Source: Bacillota bacterium (lineage in GTDB: Bacteria; Bacillota; Clostridia; Tissierellales; Tissierellaceae). Taken from it: a stretch of 64,000 bases of DNA. This document shows positions 23,701 through 34,845 of the stretch, one piece after another. The number at the start of each line of letters is the position of its first letter. Position 1 is the stretch's first letter. A model generated the notes under the pieces. That model had not been told where the DNA came from. It saw only the letters and a list, made by a program, of their open reading frames with translations, and did not search any database. Position numbers and translations under genes: made by a program. Location of the stretch: NCBI GenBank assembly GCA_023388495.1, contig JAEWGC010000039.1:51304-115303 (forward strand). Direction: 5' to 3'.

Positions 23701-24496
23701 TGCTCATAGCATGGATCCAGCTTATCCAGGAATGACAGATAAAGTAGTTGATTTAGCTCAGTTTATAGATGAAACTAAGATGGAAGGTAAAAAAGAAATT
23801 ATATCTAAAGCTAAAGCAAATAATAAAATAGCATATCAAAGAGCCTTCAGTTATTTTAAAGCCGCAAGGATCATCTATGATCAAATAGCAGATGATAATA
23901 GAAGAATGTTGGATATGAAAGGAATAAATAGTGAATCTAGAGATTTAATAGAAGAAGTTTTTAATAAAAAGGAAATTCCAGTTGATTCTAATGGATTTAA
24001 GGAAAGATATCTATTCTCTACAGCCTATACACCAAGTGGATTTGTAGACTATACAAAAACTATTTTAGAGTGGGTACCAAATCTTTATTATATTAATGGA
24101 GAAATAGGAACTGGAAAAGATATCTTATTGAATAGGATTCTAGAAGAAGCAAAAATAAGAGATTGTACTGTTGAAGTATATCTTAATTCATTTATACCAG
24201 ATAAAATTGAATCTTTGTATATTAAGGAATTAGATACAATAATAACAGCAGATAAAAATGGAGAAAGTCTTGCACAATCAAAGATAGATCTTAACAAATA
24301 CTTTGATAGTAGTAATATAAATAAAGAGGATTATGATTTATTTAATTTATTAGTTGATAAAGGAATAAAATCTTTAGGTGGAGCAAAGGAAAATCACTTC
24401 ATCTTAGAAAAATCATATGGGCCAACAATTAATTATAAGGAAATAGATAGAGTAAGAGAAGAGATATATAAGGAAATCTTAAGTTATATAGAATAA
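23693..24496 (+). pseudogene. 3' two-thirds of a conserved P-loop ATPase gene (PRK06851-like, from memory), split by the element
   Basis: The frame opens at 23693 (ETLAHSMDPAYPGMTDKVVDL..). No RBS precedes ATG 23711. It carries the second nucleotide-binding-like motif NGEIGTGKD but lacks the N-terminal ~110 aa expected for this family. Confidence 0.55.
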
Positions 24497-24527
24497 GATA
24501 ATGGCGGATATTATATCTGCCATTATC
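24497..24527. terminator. Bidirectional terminator
   Basis: gataatggcggata-tta-tatctgccattatc between convergent genes. Confidence 0.7.
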
Positions 24528-24540
24528 TTATTTGTATTTC

Positions 24541-25740
24541 TTAATTTATAGCATTTTTAATTTTTTCAAAGAATTCATTAAGAAGTCTTTGTAAGTCATC
24601 TCTTAAACATTTGCCTTGAACCGTAAGTGGGCTACCGCCGCCTTTAACTTCAAATTCCTCGGAAATTTCTTTGAAGATATCCTTAAGGCGTATATCTAAA
24701 TCCTTTGATATACTAACAAAAAATTGTCCTTCATTTTCGGAAGTGGAACCATAAATCTGGATTAAATTATTTACATTACTCAAATAGTTTGATATTGAAT
24801 TAATTTCTTTTAGATCCATATCATCAAAGATTTTAAAAATAAAAGGAATCTCCTTTATTTTAATAGAGTTTCTTAATAGTTCTTCCCCTCTATGTCTATG
24901 TATTTCCATTCGAAGGTTTTTATTTGTTTTTTCAAGTTCTTCTTTTTGATTATATAATAATTGGACTTTTTCTAGGACGTCTGTATCCTTTGAAGAAAGC
25001 AACAAGCCAATCTCTTTGATAGCCTTGCTTTTCCATCTATAGTCGAAAAGAGCCCTGTTTCCACAAACAAATTCAATTCTAATATTACCCTTATATTTTT
25101 CCCATTTTCGTATTTTAATAAGTCCTATTTCTCCAGTGTTTCTTAGATGAGTACCAGCACAGGGGGAAAAATCTATATTATCAATTTCTACAATACGGAT
25201 ATTAGAGTTTACAGTAGGTTGCTTTCTAACGGGAATTTTCTCAATATCATTTTTTTCAATATAATAGGATTTGATTTCAAAATTTGAGGATATTATCCTA
25301 TTTATATATATCTCAATTTTCTCTGCTTCTTCTTCTGATAATTCGGGAAGAGTAACATCAATATAGACATAGTCTCCTCCTATGTGAAATCCAACAGTTT
25401 CACCATTATATAATTTATAAAATGCAGCTGATAAAAGATGCTGACCAGTATGTTGCTGCATATTATCCAGTCTATTTTCCCAATCTATATTTAATATTAC
25501 CTTATCGCTATGGATATTTTCTTTAACTACATGTATTATCTCTAGATCTTCTTCATAGACCTCTAATACCTGTACACCATTTATAGTACCCTTGTCTCCA
25601 GGTTGCCCTCCAGATAAATGAGGATAAAAAACAGTCCTATTAAGTTTTACATAATATTTACCATCTTTATAAATTTTATCAACTATCCTTGCATCAATTT
25701 CTCGTAAATAAGGATTGTCTAGATAAAGTTTCTGAGTCAT
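24541..25740 (-). CDS. alaX: AlaX-like alanyl-tRNA editing protein (tRNA synthetase SAD plus DHHA1-like C-terminus)
   Basis: HTGQHLLS and CAGTH zinc-binding editing motifs. 399 aa. Confidence 0.7.
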   Translation of the reverse strand: MTQKLYLDNPYLREIDARIVDKIYKDGKYYVKLNRTVFYPHLSGGQPGDKGTINGVQVLEVYEEDLEIIHVVKENIHSDKVILNIDWENRLDNMQQHTGQHLLSAAFYKLYNGETVGFHIGGDYVYIDVTLPELSEEEAEKIEIYINRIISSNFEIKSYYIEKNDIEKIPVRKQPTVNSNIRIVEIDNIDFSPCAGTHLRNTGEIGLIKIRKWEKYKGNIRIEFVCGNRALFDYRWKSKAIKEIGLLLSSKDTDVLEKVQLLYNQKEELEKTNKNLRMEIHRHRGEELLRNSIKIKEIPFIFKIFDDMDLKEINSISNYLSNVNNLIQIYGSTSENEGQFFVSISKDLDIRLKDIFKEISEEFEVKGGGSPLTVQGKCLRDDLQRLLNEFFEKIKNAIN

Positions 25741-25859
25741 TTTGCCACCATCCCCTTCGATATTATATATAATATATTATCATAAAAATAGGAAAACAAT
25801 AATAAAATATTAGTTTAATATGTTATAATCATATAAATGATATATTGAGGTGGTGTGTT

Positions 25860-25940
25860 ATGCCAGACGGAAGCCTAATGGTTCTTTTAGGAGTAATTCT
25901 TATGATTTGGAGTTTAAATAGAATCCATAGAAAAAAGTAA
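25860..25940 (+). CDS. Possible 26-aa membrane micropeptide upstream of comEC
   Basis: MPDGSLMVLLGVILMIWSLNRIHRKK with a GAGGTGG RBS-like sequence upstream. Very short, so weak. Confidence 0.2.
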   Translation: MPDGSLMVLLGVILMIWSLNRIHRKK

Positions 25941-25941
25941 T

Positions 25942-28398
25942 TTGGAGGTTTTAATGGACAAGCCTTTTGTTTTTATTACAGCTCCTTTAGTTATAGGCAT
26001 AATTTTTTCTTATTATTTCAATATAAGTCTTACTATGATTTTCACTTTAATATTTATTTCTTTGATCATTTATATCCTAAATCTTATAAATGACAATTCT
26101 AATGAGATAATCTTATTTGGGATCTTCTTATTATTGGGCATGGTTTTAACTAGTTATAACCTAAATAACAGTATACTTGCTAAAAATACAGATAAGAATC
26201 TTATATTTAATGGAATAGTCGATAAAGTACTTTGGCAGGAAAAGAATGAGGGAAAATATATCATTAAGGTTAATAGTATCACAGGCAAGGAGAGCCATAC
26301 CAAAGTAAAGGAAAAGATGGTTTTAAAGATAATAGGAGATAAAAAGGCTGAACTAGGAAATCAAATTATTTTTGCAGGTAAGTTGAAAAAACCTCTAGAA
26401 AATACTAATCCAATGCTTTTTAATTATAGACTGAGCCTATTATCAAATAAAATACATACAACAATGACAATAAAGGATTATTCTATTATAGAAATTAAGG
26501 ATGTAGATAAATCTTTTAAACATAGAATGAGGACTAGCTTTAGAAATAATATTGAATCATTATTTGATAGTAATCTAAATGAAGAAAATAGTTCTTTAAT
26601 GAAAAGTATCATATTAGGTGAGTATTCCTACCTAGAAGAAGAAAATATAGAGAAATATAGTAATCTAGGACTAGCTCATATATTGGCAGTATCAGGATTA
26701 CATATAGGTATAATAGCTGGTTTTTTAATTTATACATTATCTCATTTAGGTGTAAGACGAAAATTAAATATAGCTGTAACTCTAGGTGTTATTTGGTTTT
26801 ATGGATATCTTATAGGATTTCCACCTTCCTTACTTAGAGCAAATATAATGCTCAGTATACTTTTTTATGGAGAGACATTGAGAGAGCTCTATAACTCTAT
26901 TAATGCCTTATTCTTTGCAATGTTTATATTATTAATTATAAATCCAATGTGGATCTTTAATTTAGGTTTTCAACTTTCTTTTATGGCTACATTTGCCATA
27001 ATCTATTTTACACCGAAGATCCAAGAGGTTTTTTATCCATATAATAATAAAATAACCTATGGATTATCTGGAATATTAGGAGTTCAGGTAGGACTACTGC
27101 CAATACAAGCATACTATTTTAATCAGATATCCATTTTAAGTATATTTTCTAATTTAATTATAGCTCCTATATTATCACTGGCTTTGATAATTGGAGCAGT
27201 TATGATAGTTTTGTTTTATTCAATACCTATGTTAATTCCATTTATAGGGTATATCCTAGATTTTATTTTATCAATAGAATTTTATTTAGTAAACATTTTA
27301 TATAAATTACCCTTTGGAATAATAAGATTCCACTCACCAGAAATTAGTGAGATCATAATATATTACATTTTTATTCTTATAGTATTTGGTGTTATAGAAG
27401 TAAGTAAGCTTAGTTCTTATATTAAAAAAGCCATTATATATTATTTAGTTGCTTTAATATTATTTAATTTTATAATATTATTTACTGATAAATCTATTGA
27501 AATACAATTTATAGATGTAGGTCAAGGGGATTCAATCCTTATAAATACCAAAGAAGGAAGTTATTTAGTAGATACAGGTGGAAGTATAATGGATTCCTTT
27601 GATGTTGGAAAAAACATTACACTTCCTTATTTACAAAAGATAGGCATAAACAAACTTAAAGGAGTTTTTATAACTCATTTTGATGAGGATCATAGTAAGT
27701 CTCTACCACTTTTAATAGACAATATAGATATTGGAAATATTTTAATATCCTATGAGGATAACAAAAGTAAAATCTATAATGAAATTAAAGAGAATGGGAT
27801 ATCTTTAATCATATTAAAGGAAGATGATTTAATATGGTTAGATGAAAATACATATATTGAGGTTTTAAGTCCTAATAAAGATTTAATAAATAGGAAGTTG
27901 GAGGGGAACAATCTATCCTTAGTATTTTTACTTTCATATTATGATAAAGAAATCTTGTTTACAGGAGATATAGAGAAAGAAGCAGAGTTGCAGCTAGTAG
28001 ATAAGATAAATGGTAATGTAGATATTATAAAAGTTCCCCATCATGGAAGTAATACATCTTCTACAGAGGAATTATTAAATAAAATAAAACCCTCTATAGC
28101 TATCATTTCTGTAGGAAGAAATAACTTCTATGGTCATCCAAGAAAAGAAATAATAGAGAGATATGAAAAATTAGGTACCAAATTATACAGAACAGATACC
28201 ATGGGAATGATTAAGGTAAAATTAAATAGAGAACACATGAATATACAAACTTTCATAGTTGAGAAACTACCACTAATAGACTTAGTATATGAAAATATAT
28301 TGGATTTTGTTTTTTATATAATATATTATTTAATAGGCTATATTTTAATAAAAATTAATTTGCAAGGAGAAGAGGAGTTGACTGTTAGTGAATTATAG
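25942..28398 (+). CDS. comEC: DNA internalization competence protein ComEC/Rec2
   Basis: Polytopic competence domain (LAHILAVSGLHIG) plus a C-terminal metallo-beta-lactamase domain (THFDEDH, VPHHGS). ATG 25954 is an alternative start. Confidence 0.9.
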   Translation: MEVLMDKPFVFITAPLVIGIIFSYYFNISLTMIFTLIFISLIIYILNLINDNSNEIILFGIFLLLGMVLTSYNLNNSILAKNTDKNLIFNGIVDKVLWQEKNEGKYIIKVNSITGKESHTKVKEKMVLKIIGDKKAELGNQIIFAGKLKKPLENTNPMLFNYRLSLLSNKIHTTMTIKDYSIIEIKDVDKSFKHRMRTSFRNNIESLFDSNLNEENSSLMKSIILGEYSYLEEENIEKYSNLGLAHILAVSGLHIGIIAGFLIYTLSHLGVRRKLNIAVTLGVIWFYGYLIGFPPSLLRANIMLSILFYGETLRELYNSINALFFAMFILLIINPMWIFNLGFQLSFMATFAIIYFTPKIQEVFYPYNNKITYGLSGILGVQVGLLPIQAYYFNQISILSIFSNLIIAPILSLALIIGAVMIVLFYSIPMLIPFIGYILDFILSIEFYLVNILYKLPFGIIRFHSPEISEIIIYYIFILIVFGVIEVSKLSSYIKKAIIYYLVALILFNFIILFTDKSIEIQFIDVGQGDSILINTKEGSYLVDTGGSIMDSFDVGKNITLPYLQKIGINKLKGVFITHFDEDHSKSLPLLIDNIDIGNILISYEDNKSKIYNEIKENGISLIILKEDDLIWLDENTYIEVLSPNKDLINRKLEGNNLSLVFLLSYYDKEILFTGDIEKEAELQLVDKINGNVDIIKVPHHGSNTSSTEELLNKIKPSIAIISVGRNNFYGHPRKEIIERYEKLGTKLYRTDTMGMIKVKLNREHMNIQTFIVEKLPLIDLVYENILDFVFYIIYYLIGYILIKINLQGEEELTVSEL

Positions 28399-29419
28399 TG
28401 AATTTATAAACCTTATAAAAAAGGATAGTCTTTCCCCAGTATATTTTTTTACTGGAGCTGAGGAATATCTTATGAACGAAATAATAGGAGTTTTAAAGGA
28501 AAAGTATATTGAAGAATCCTTTGAAACATTGAATTATATAGCAATTGATGGTAAAGAGGTAAGTTTTGATAATATATTAAATGCATGTGAAACCCTTCCA
28601 TTCATGTCGTCAAAAAAAATCGTAATTATAAAAGACATTAGCGAAATCATAGAAAATGGAGATAATGATTTAGATAATACAATGGCTTCCTATGTAGAAG
28701 GACTAGATAATTATCTTCTTTTAATTATAATGGATAGGTCAAATAACTTAAAGAAGACAAGTAAATTATATAAAACCATAAATAAATTAGGGGGAGTAGT
28801 AGATTTTTCAAAGCTAAAAGGGAAGGACTTAAATACGTGGTTAGAAACTAAATTGAAGAAATATAGTAAAAAAATATCAAATGCAAATTTAAATTATTTT
28901 ATTGGAGAATCATCCTATAGTGACTATAATAGTACGAAAACTCTTTATGATTTAGAAAATGAATTATTGAAGGTAATCAATTATGCCTCAGGTAATGAAA
29001 TTCTAAAGGAAGATATAGACATAGTTTTGACAAAAACATTAGATACTAATATATTTAATTTGCTTGCCAGCATAAATAAGAAGGATAGTGATTCAGCATT
29101 AAAAATATTTAATGAAATGTACATATCTAACGAACCAGTACAAAGAATACTTGTTATGATAATTAGACAGTTAAGGCTAATGCTCGGATATAAACTATAT
29201 AAGGAAAGAGGATATTCAGAAGGAGATATTCAGGAGAAACTAGGTATAAAACCCTATGAATTTAAAAAGATATCCAAAGAGTCCTATAATTTTAGTGAGG
29301 GGCAACTTAAACTTGCCTTAAACCATATATTAGAATTAGATATAAAACAAAAGACTAGTTCCCAAGATGAAAAACTAGCCCTTGAAATGCTTATTATTAA
29401 TTTAGCTTATTCAATATGA
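28388..29419 (+). CDS. holA: DNA polymerase III delta subunit
   Basis: Size, position after comEC and a delta N-terminal pattern (PVYFFTGAEEYL). Confidence 0.8.
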   Translation: MNYSEFINLIKKDSLSPVYFFTGAEEYLMNEIIGVLKEKYIEESFETLNYIAIDGKEVSFDNILNACETLPFMSSKKIVIIKDISEIIENGDNDLDNTMASYVEGLDNYLLLIIMDRSNNLKKTSKLYKTINKLGGVVDFSKLKGKDLNTWLETKLKKYSKKISNANLNYFIGESSYSDYNSTKTLYDLENELLKVINYASGNEILKEDIDIVLTKTLDTNIFNLLASINKKDSDSALKIFNEMYISNEPVQRILVMIIRQLRLMLGYKLYKERGYSEGDIQEKLGIKPYEFKKISKESYNFSEGQLKLALNHILELDIKQKTSSQDEKLALEMLIINLAYSI

Positions 29420-29423
29420 AACA

Positions 29424-29454
29424 TAAAAAAACTTCGGCCTCCCGAAGTTTTATC
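29424..29454. terminator. Bidirectional terminator (holA / rpsT)
   Basis: A7-acttcgg-cctc-ccgaagt-T4. Confidence 0.8.
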
Positions 29455-29458
29455 TTTA

Positions 29459-29722
29459 TTACATCGCATTATTTAATTTCTTCGTTAAGCGGCTAACTTT
29501 TCTAGATGCATTATTCATATGAATAACATTTTTATGAGCAGCTCTTTTTAACTTCTTATCAATAGTTTGAAGCAATACTTTTGCTTCATCGAAGTTTCCG
29601 TTATCGATAGCTTTATCAAATTTCTTAATATATGTTTTAATTTCAGATTTTCTAGCTCTATTTATAGCTGTTCTTTTTTCTGTAATAAGAATTCTTTTTT
29701 CAGCAGATTTAATATTTGCCAA
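29459..29722 (-). CDS. rpsT: 30S ribosomal protein S20
   Basis: (M)ANIKSAEKRILITEKR... TTG start at 29722 follows GAGGAGGTG. The track ORF is over-extended to 29764. Confidence 0.9.
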   Translation of the reverse strand: MANIKSAEKRILITEKRTAINRARKSEIKTYIKKFDKAIDNGNFDEAKVLLQTIDKKLKRAAHKNVIHMNNASRKVSRLTKKLNNAM

Positions 29723-29852
29723 TAGTTTCACCTCCTCATAATCTAACAAAAAATATTTTATCATGAAGAACTACAAAATGCAAGGATATTTAACATTATA
29801 ATGGACAAAAATATGAAATGAAATAAAATTTTGTTATAGGAGGAGAATTTAG

Positions 29853-30827
29853 TTGAGAGAAATCCGTACTGATTTAGCAGTAGAAAATAGAGAGTTGTAT
29901 AAACAGGCAAGAGATCAAGATTCTGGTGGTATTAATGTGGAAAAGGAAGAGAATGATTCCTATATAGTTACGAGGATAAAGGTATTAAATGAGGAAGGTA
30001 GTGCAAATCTACACAAACCAATAGGTACCTATATAACAATTGATGTACCGGGATTAAACAAATCAGACGAGGATCTAAAAGATGAGATTTCACAAGTGGT
30101 AGCTAAAGAAATAAAAAGATTAGCACAAACTAAAGAAGATAGTAAGATTTTAATAGTAGGTCTAGGGAATTGGAACATTACTCCAGATTCTTTAGGGCCA
30201 AAGGTTGTGGAAAGAGTTCTAGTAACTCGACAATTCTTTGTTAATTATAAAAAGGAAATTGATGAGACTGTTGCCAATGTTGCAGCATTATCTCCTGGAG
30301 TAATGGGTATAACAGGTATAGAAACAGGAGAGATAGTAAAGGGTGTAGTAGAAAAAGTGAAACCAGACTTAGTAATAGCTGTAGATGCCTTAGCTTCAAG
30401 AAAAATGGATAGGATATCTACTACAATACAAATATCTGACACAGGAATAAATCCTGGTGCAGGCGTTGGAAATAATAGGATGGAATTCAATGAAAAGACT
30501 ATGGGAGTTCCTGTTATTGCAATAGGAATACCAACAGTTGTAGATGCAGCTACTATTGTAAATGATACTCTAGACTTGATTATAGATTCCTTAAAGACTG
30601 AGGCAAAGTCAGGATCAGAATTTTATAACCTTTTGGGCCAGATATCGTCAGAAGAAAAATATACTCTTATTCAAGAGGTTTTAAATCCTTATATGAAAAA
30701 TGTTGTTGTTACTCCAACAGATATTGATGCATTAGTTGATGATTTATCTATAATAGTAGCTAATGGTTTAAACATGGCATTACATCCTGGAATAGACTTA
30801 AAAGATGTAAATAGATATATTAGATAA
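29853..30827 (+). CDS. gpr: Germination protease GPR
   Basis: IRTDLAVE, LIVGLGNWNITPDSLGP, PGVMGITGIETGEI and TIQISDTGINPGAGVGN closely parallel B. subtilis GPR. Confidence 0.9.
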   Translation: MREIRTDLAVENRELYKQARDQDSGGINVEKEENDSYIVTRIKVLNEEGSANLHKPIGTYITIDVPGLNKSDEDLKDEISQVVAKEIKRLAQTKEDSKILIVGLGNWNITPDSLGPKVVERVLVTRQFFVNYKKEIDETVANVAALSPGVMGITGIETGEIVKGVVEKVKPDLVIAVDALASRKMDRISTTIQISDTGINPGAGVGNNRMEFNEKTMGVPVIAIGIPTVVDAATIVNDTLDLIIDSLKTEAKSGSEFYNLLGQISSEEKYTLIQEVLNPYMKNVVVTPTDIDALVDDLSIIVANGLNMALHPGIDLKDVNRYIR

Positions 30828-30899
30828 ATAAATTTTAGTATATTTGCCTCCCAATAGGAATATAATTTTTGTATTGAAAGCTATTGGGGAGTGTTGAAC

Positions 30900-31976
30900 A
30901 TGAGAAAATCCAGAAAATCTGATTATATTATTTTAGCATTAATGTGTTTGATAACTTTAAATATCGGTGCTATAGCTATTGGTGTATATTCACCAAATAA
31001 ACCCTATGACTTAGGTGACAATGGGTTTAAAATACTGAATGCATCATTTGGGAAGATAAAGGAAGTTTTAAATATAAATGAGGCAATAAAGAAAACCATA
31101 AATTCTTTGTTTCCAATAGCCCAAGTATTGGAAAATAACAAGGATGCAGTTGAAGTAGGAGGCATCCTAGATGAAGATTTAGAGGAGACAGATGAATTAT
31201 CAGAGGGAGAATACGATACTGAAAATGATATAATAATAGAGCATTTAGATGAGTATGAATCATTAATAATAGTAAAGGATTCTGATGGAATGAATACAGT
31301 AGAAAATATTCCCGAGCCTTTGATGTTAAAGAAAGCCAAAGTGAATAGGGAAAAACCCTATGTACTGATATATCATACCCATGCAACAGAATCCTATCTC
31401 CTTTCAAAGGCTGATAATTATCGTAATTCGGATAAGAAGTTAAATATGGTAAGTATAGGAAATATGATAACCACTGTTTTAGAAGCTAATGGGCATAGGG
31501 TAGACCATGTGGAGACTCTTCATGACTCACCATCATATAATCAAAGCTATTCTAGGAGTCTTAATACCATTAGAAATAAACAAGGGGAATCTGATAACCT
31601 AAAAATATTATTGGACATACATAGAGATGCTGTACTAGATACTAATCCAAATATAGAAAGCATAAAAGCAAAGTCCAAAATAAATATAGGAGGAAAATCT
31701 GTGGCTACTTTTTCATTAGTAGTAGGTCCAGATTCTCCTAATAAAGAATCAGTTCTTAGTTTTGCAAAATATATTAAGGCTGTTTCTGATGCTCTATACC
31801 CTGGATTATGTACTGGAATAACAATAAAACCAGCAGGAAAATATAATCAACATCTATCAGATTATTCTGCTTTAATAGAGGTAGGATATCATGTTAATAC
31901 ATTAGAGGAAGCAACTGAAGGAGCGAAACTGTTAGGAGAGGTTTTGACACTAGTCCTAAATAGTATAATAGAATAA
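30900..31976 (+). CDS. spoIIP: Stage II sporulation protein P
   Basis: N-terminal TM. IYHTHATESY and LDIHRDA motifs. Position after gpr. Confidence 0.85.
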   Translation: MRKSRKSDYIILALMCLITLNIGAIAIGVYSPNKPYDLGDNGFKILNASFGKIKEVLNINEAIKKTINSLFPIAQVLENNKDAVEVGGILDEDLEETDELSEGEYDTENDIIIEHLDEYESLIIVKDSDGMNTVENIPEPLMLKKAKVNREKPYVLIYHTHATESYLLSKADNYRNSDKKLNMVSIGNMITTVLEANGHRVDHVETLHDSPSYNQSYSRSLNTIRNKQGESDNLKILLDIHRDAVLDTNPNIESIKAKSKINIGGKSVATFSLVVGPDSPNKESVLSFAKYIKAVSDALYPGLCTGITIKPAGKYNQHLSDYSALIEVGYHVNTLEEATEGAKLLGEVLTLVLNSIIE

Positions 31977-32046
31977 TAGTCTTTTCTAAATTTTACAAAT
32001 CTGTTATAATGTAAGTTACTTGAGATAGTATTGGGAGGTAATACTT

Positions 32047-32592
32047 GTGGAAGAAAATAATAAGGACTTAAAGAGTGAAACTATAGAATGGATAAAGAGT
32101 ATAGCAACAGCAGTGGTTATTGCTATTTTGATAAAATCTTTTGTTTTTAATACTACTTATGTGCTAGGAAACTCCATGTATCCAACTTTACATGAGAAGG
32201 ACAGACTATTTGCTAGTAAGATTTCCTTATATTTCGGTGGCCCATCAAGGGGAGATGTAATAGTTCTTAAGGCACCCGATGCACCAGATAAGGATTATAT
32301 AAAAAGGGTAATAGGTATAGAGGGTGATTTAGTAGAGATAAAGGATGGTAAGGTATATTTAAATGGCTCCATCTTAAATGAGGACTATTTAATCAATGAT
32401 TCATATACCCATGTTTATGATGAAGATACTTGGAAGGTTCCAAGGGGACATGTATTTGTCCTAGGAGATAATAGAGAAGAGGGTGCATCTAAGGATAGTC
32501 GTTACTTTGGCTGTATACCAACTAAAACCATTAAAGGTATAACAGGCTTTAGATATTTTCCTATGAATGATAGATTTGGAAAAATCAAATAA
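32047..32592 (+). CDS. lepB: Type I signal peptidase
   Basis: GNSMYPTL (Ser box), YIKRVIG (Lys box) and VLGDNREEGASKDSR. Confidence 0.9.
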   Translation: MEENNKDLKSETIEWIKSIATAVVIAILIKSFVFNTTYVLGNSMYPTLHEKDRLFASKISLYFGGPSRGDVIVLKAPDAPDKDYIKRVIGIEGDLVEIKDGKVYLNGSILNEDYLINDSYTHVYDEDTWKVPRGHVFVLGDNREEGASKDSRYFGCIPTKTIKGITGFRYFPMNDRFGKIK

Positions 32593-32642
32593 GATTTAGT
32601 ATAATATATACAAAAAATGGATAATCTAATCTGGGTGATACT

Positions 32643-32912
32643 ATGGAAACTAGGTTAGAAAAAAATAAGAGATTGAGGAAAGAAAAACGTATTAAAAGGG
32701 TAAAAAAGTTTTATATATTAATTTTATTTTTACTATTAATATTGGGTCTAGAAATTGTAAATCAAAATATTGTAGAATTAGATTGCCTAGATAATCCAAA
32801 TATTTTTAGAGTTGATATTAATACAAATACTTTAGATTTTTTTGGTAAATCTTATGTAATTCCTTTATCTTTTTTAAAAAAGTTATTAAAAGACCAGTTT
32901 CTGGTCTTTTAG
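32643..32912 (+). CDS. Small membrane-anchored hypothetical protein
   Basis: 89 aa with a basic N-terminus and a single TM. Confidence 0.4.
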   Translation: METRLEKNKRLRKEKRIKRVKKFYILILFLLLILGLEIVNQNIVELDCLDNPNIFRVDINTNTLDFFGKSYVIPLSFLKKLLKDQFLVF

Positions 32913-32981
32913 TTTTACATACTAGAAAATATTTGCTATAATTGTCTAGAGTTATCTTGAAACTTCATGAGGAGGAAAAGT

Positions 32982-34793
32982 ATGCAAAGAATTAAACAAA
33001 AAAATATTAGAAATTTCTCGATTATTGCCCATATCGACCACGGAAAATCAACTTTGGCAGATAGACTAATAGAAAGAACAGGAATGTTAACCTCAAGAGA
33101 AATGCAAAACCAAGTTCTAGACAATATGGATTTAGAAAGAGAAAGAGGTATAACAATAAAATTAAAGGCTGTAAGATTAGTTTATAATGCAAAAGATGGA
33201 GAAGAATACATTTTAAACCTTATAGACACCCCTGGACATGTGGACTTTACCTATGAAGTCTCAAGGTCTTTGGCGGCTTGTGAAGGAGCAATACTAGTAA
33301 TTGATGCAACTCAAGGAATAGAGGCGCAAACATTGGCTAATGTTTATTTAGCCCTAGATCAAGATTTGGAAATAGTACCTGTAATAAATAAAATAGATTT
33401 ACCAAGTGCAAGACCAGATGAAGTTAAAAAAGAAGTAGAAGATATTATTGGAATAGATTGTGAAGAAGCACCACTTATATCAGCTAAAGAAGGTTTAAAC
33501 ATTGAAGATGTGTTGGAAAGTATAGTTAGCAATGTACCTGCACCTAAGGGAGATCCAAATGCGCCACTTAAGGCTTTAATCTTCGACTCCTATTATGATA
33601 GCTATAAAGGCGTTGTTTGTTACATAAGAGTATTTGAAGGTACAATAAGGCCTGGAATGAATATAAAAATGATGTCTACAGGAAAATACTATGAAGTAGT
33701 AGAAGTAGGTGTAAATACTTCAAAGCATATATCATTAGATAAGCTAGAACCTGGAGAAGTAGGATTTGTTACTGCAAGTATAAAAAATGTAAAGGATGCA
33801 AGGGTAGGGGATACTATAACAGATTATGACAACCCAACGGATGAGGCATTACCAGGATATAAAAAGGTTATTCCGATGGTTTATTGTGGTATTTATCCTG
33901 CAGAAGGAGAAGATTTTAATACAGTAAGAGAAGCCTTAGAAAAGCTGCAAGTAAACGACGCGGCCCTAGACTTTGAACCTGAAACTTCTGCTGCCTTAGG
34001 ATTTGGTTTTAGATGTGGATTCTTAGGACTTTTACACATGGAAATTATCCAAGAAAGATTAGAAAGAGAGTTTGATTTAAATATAATAACTACAGCACCT
34101 TCAGTTATATATAAGGTAACTAGGACAACAGGAGAAGTACTTCATATACAGAATCCATCAAATCTTCCACCTACAACAGAGATAGAATATATGGAAGAAC
34201 CTATTGTAACGGCTAATATAATGACGCCTACAGACTATGTTGGTGCCATAATGGAGCTTTGTCAAAATAAAAGAGGCACATTCTTAAACATGGAATATCT
34301 AGAAGAAAAAAGAGTTGTCCTACACTACGAATTACCTTTAAACGAGGTTATATATGATTTCTTTGATGCTCTTAAGTCAAAGACTAGAGGATATGCATCA
34401 TTAGACTATGATCTAAAGGGATATCAACGATCAGAGCTTGTAAAAATGGATATATTAATAAATGGAGAATTAGTAGATGCTTTCTCATTAATAGTTCATG
34501 AGGAAAAGGCATATGAAAGAGGAAGAACTATAGCAGAAAGATTAGTAGATGTAATTCCTAGACATCAATTTGCAGTACCGATACAGGCGGCTATTGGATC
34601 AAAGGTAATAGCCAGGGAGACCATAAGGGCTCTTAGAAAAGATGTACTTGCTAAATGTTATGGTGGAGATATTTCAAGAAAGAAAAAATTATTAGAGAAA
34701 CAAAAAGAGGGTAAAAAACGAATGAGACAAATTGGCTCAGTAGAAGTCCCACAGGAAGCTTTCCTAACAGTATTAAAATATGATGAAAAATAG
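32982..34793 (+). CDS. lepA: Elongation factor 4 (LepA)
   Basis: [33 protein letters not shown] and a conserved LepA C-terminus. ATG 32982 follows GAGGAGG. Confidence 0.95.
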   Translation: MQRIKQKNIRNFSIIAHIDHGKSTLADRLIERTGMLTSREMQNQVLDNMDLERERGITIKLKAVRLVYNAKDGEEYILNLIDTPGHVDFTYEVSRSLAACEGAILVIDATQGIEAQTLANVYLALDQDLEIVPVINKIDLPSARPDEVKKEVEDIIGIDCEEAPLISAKEGLNIEDVLESIVSNVPAPKGDPNAPLKALIFDSYYDSYKGVVCYIRVFEGTIRPGMNIKMMSTGKYYEVVEVGVNTSKHISLDKLEPGEVGFVTASIKNVKDARVGDTITDYDNPTDEALPGYKKVIPMVYCGIYPAEGEDFNTVREALEKLQVNDAALDFEPETSAALGFGFRCGFLGLLHMEIIQERLEREFDLNIITTAPSVIYKVTRTTGEVLHIQNPSNLPPTTEIEYMEEPIVTANIMTPTDYVGAIMELCQNKRGTFLNMEYLEEKRVVLHYELPLNEVIYDFFDALKSKTRGYASLDYDLKGYQRSELVKMDILINGELVDAFSLIVHEEKAYERGRTIAERLVDVIPRHQFAVPIQAAIGSKVIARETIRALRKDVLAKCYGGDISRKKKLLEKQKEGKKRMRQIGSVEVPQEAFLTVLKYDEK

Positions 34794-34801
34794 AATAATG
34801 T

Positions 34802-34832
34802 AGGGAACGACTCTGTGTCGTTCCTATTTATT
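34802..34832 (+). terminator. Terminator after lepA
   Basis: gggaacgac-tctgt-gtcgttcct followed by a T-rich tract. Confidence 0.6.
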
Positions 34833-34845
34833 TTAGGAGGGGAAA

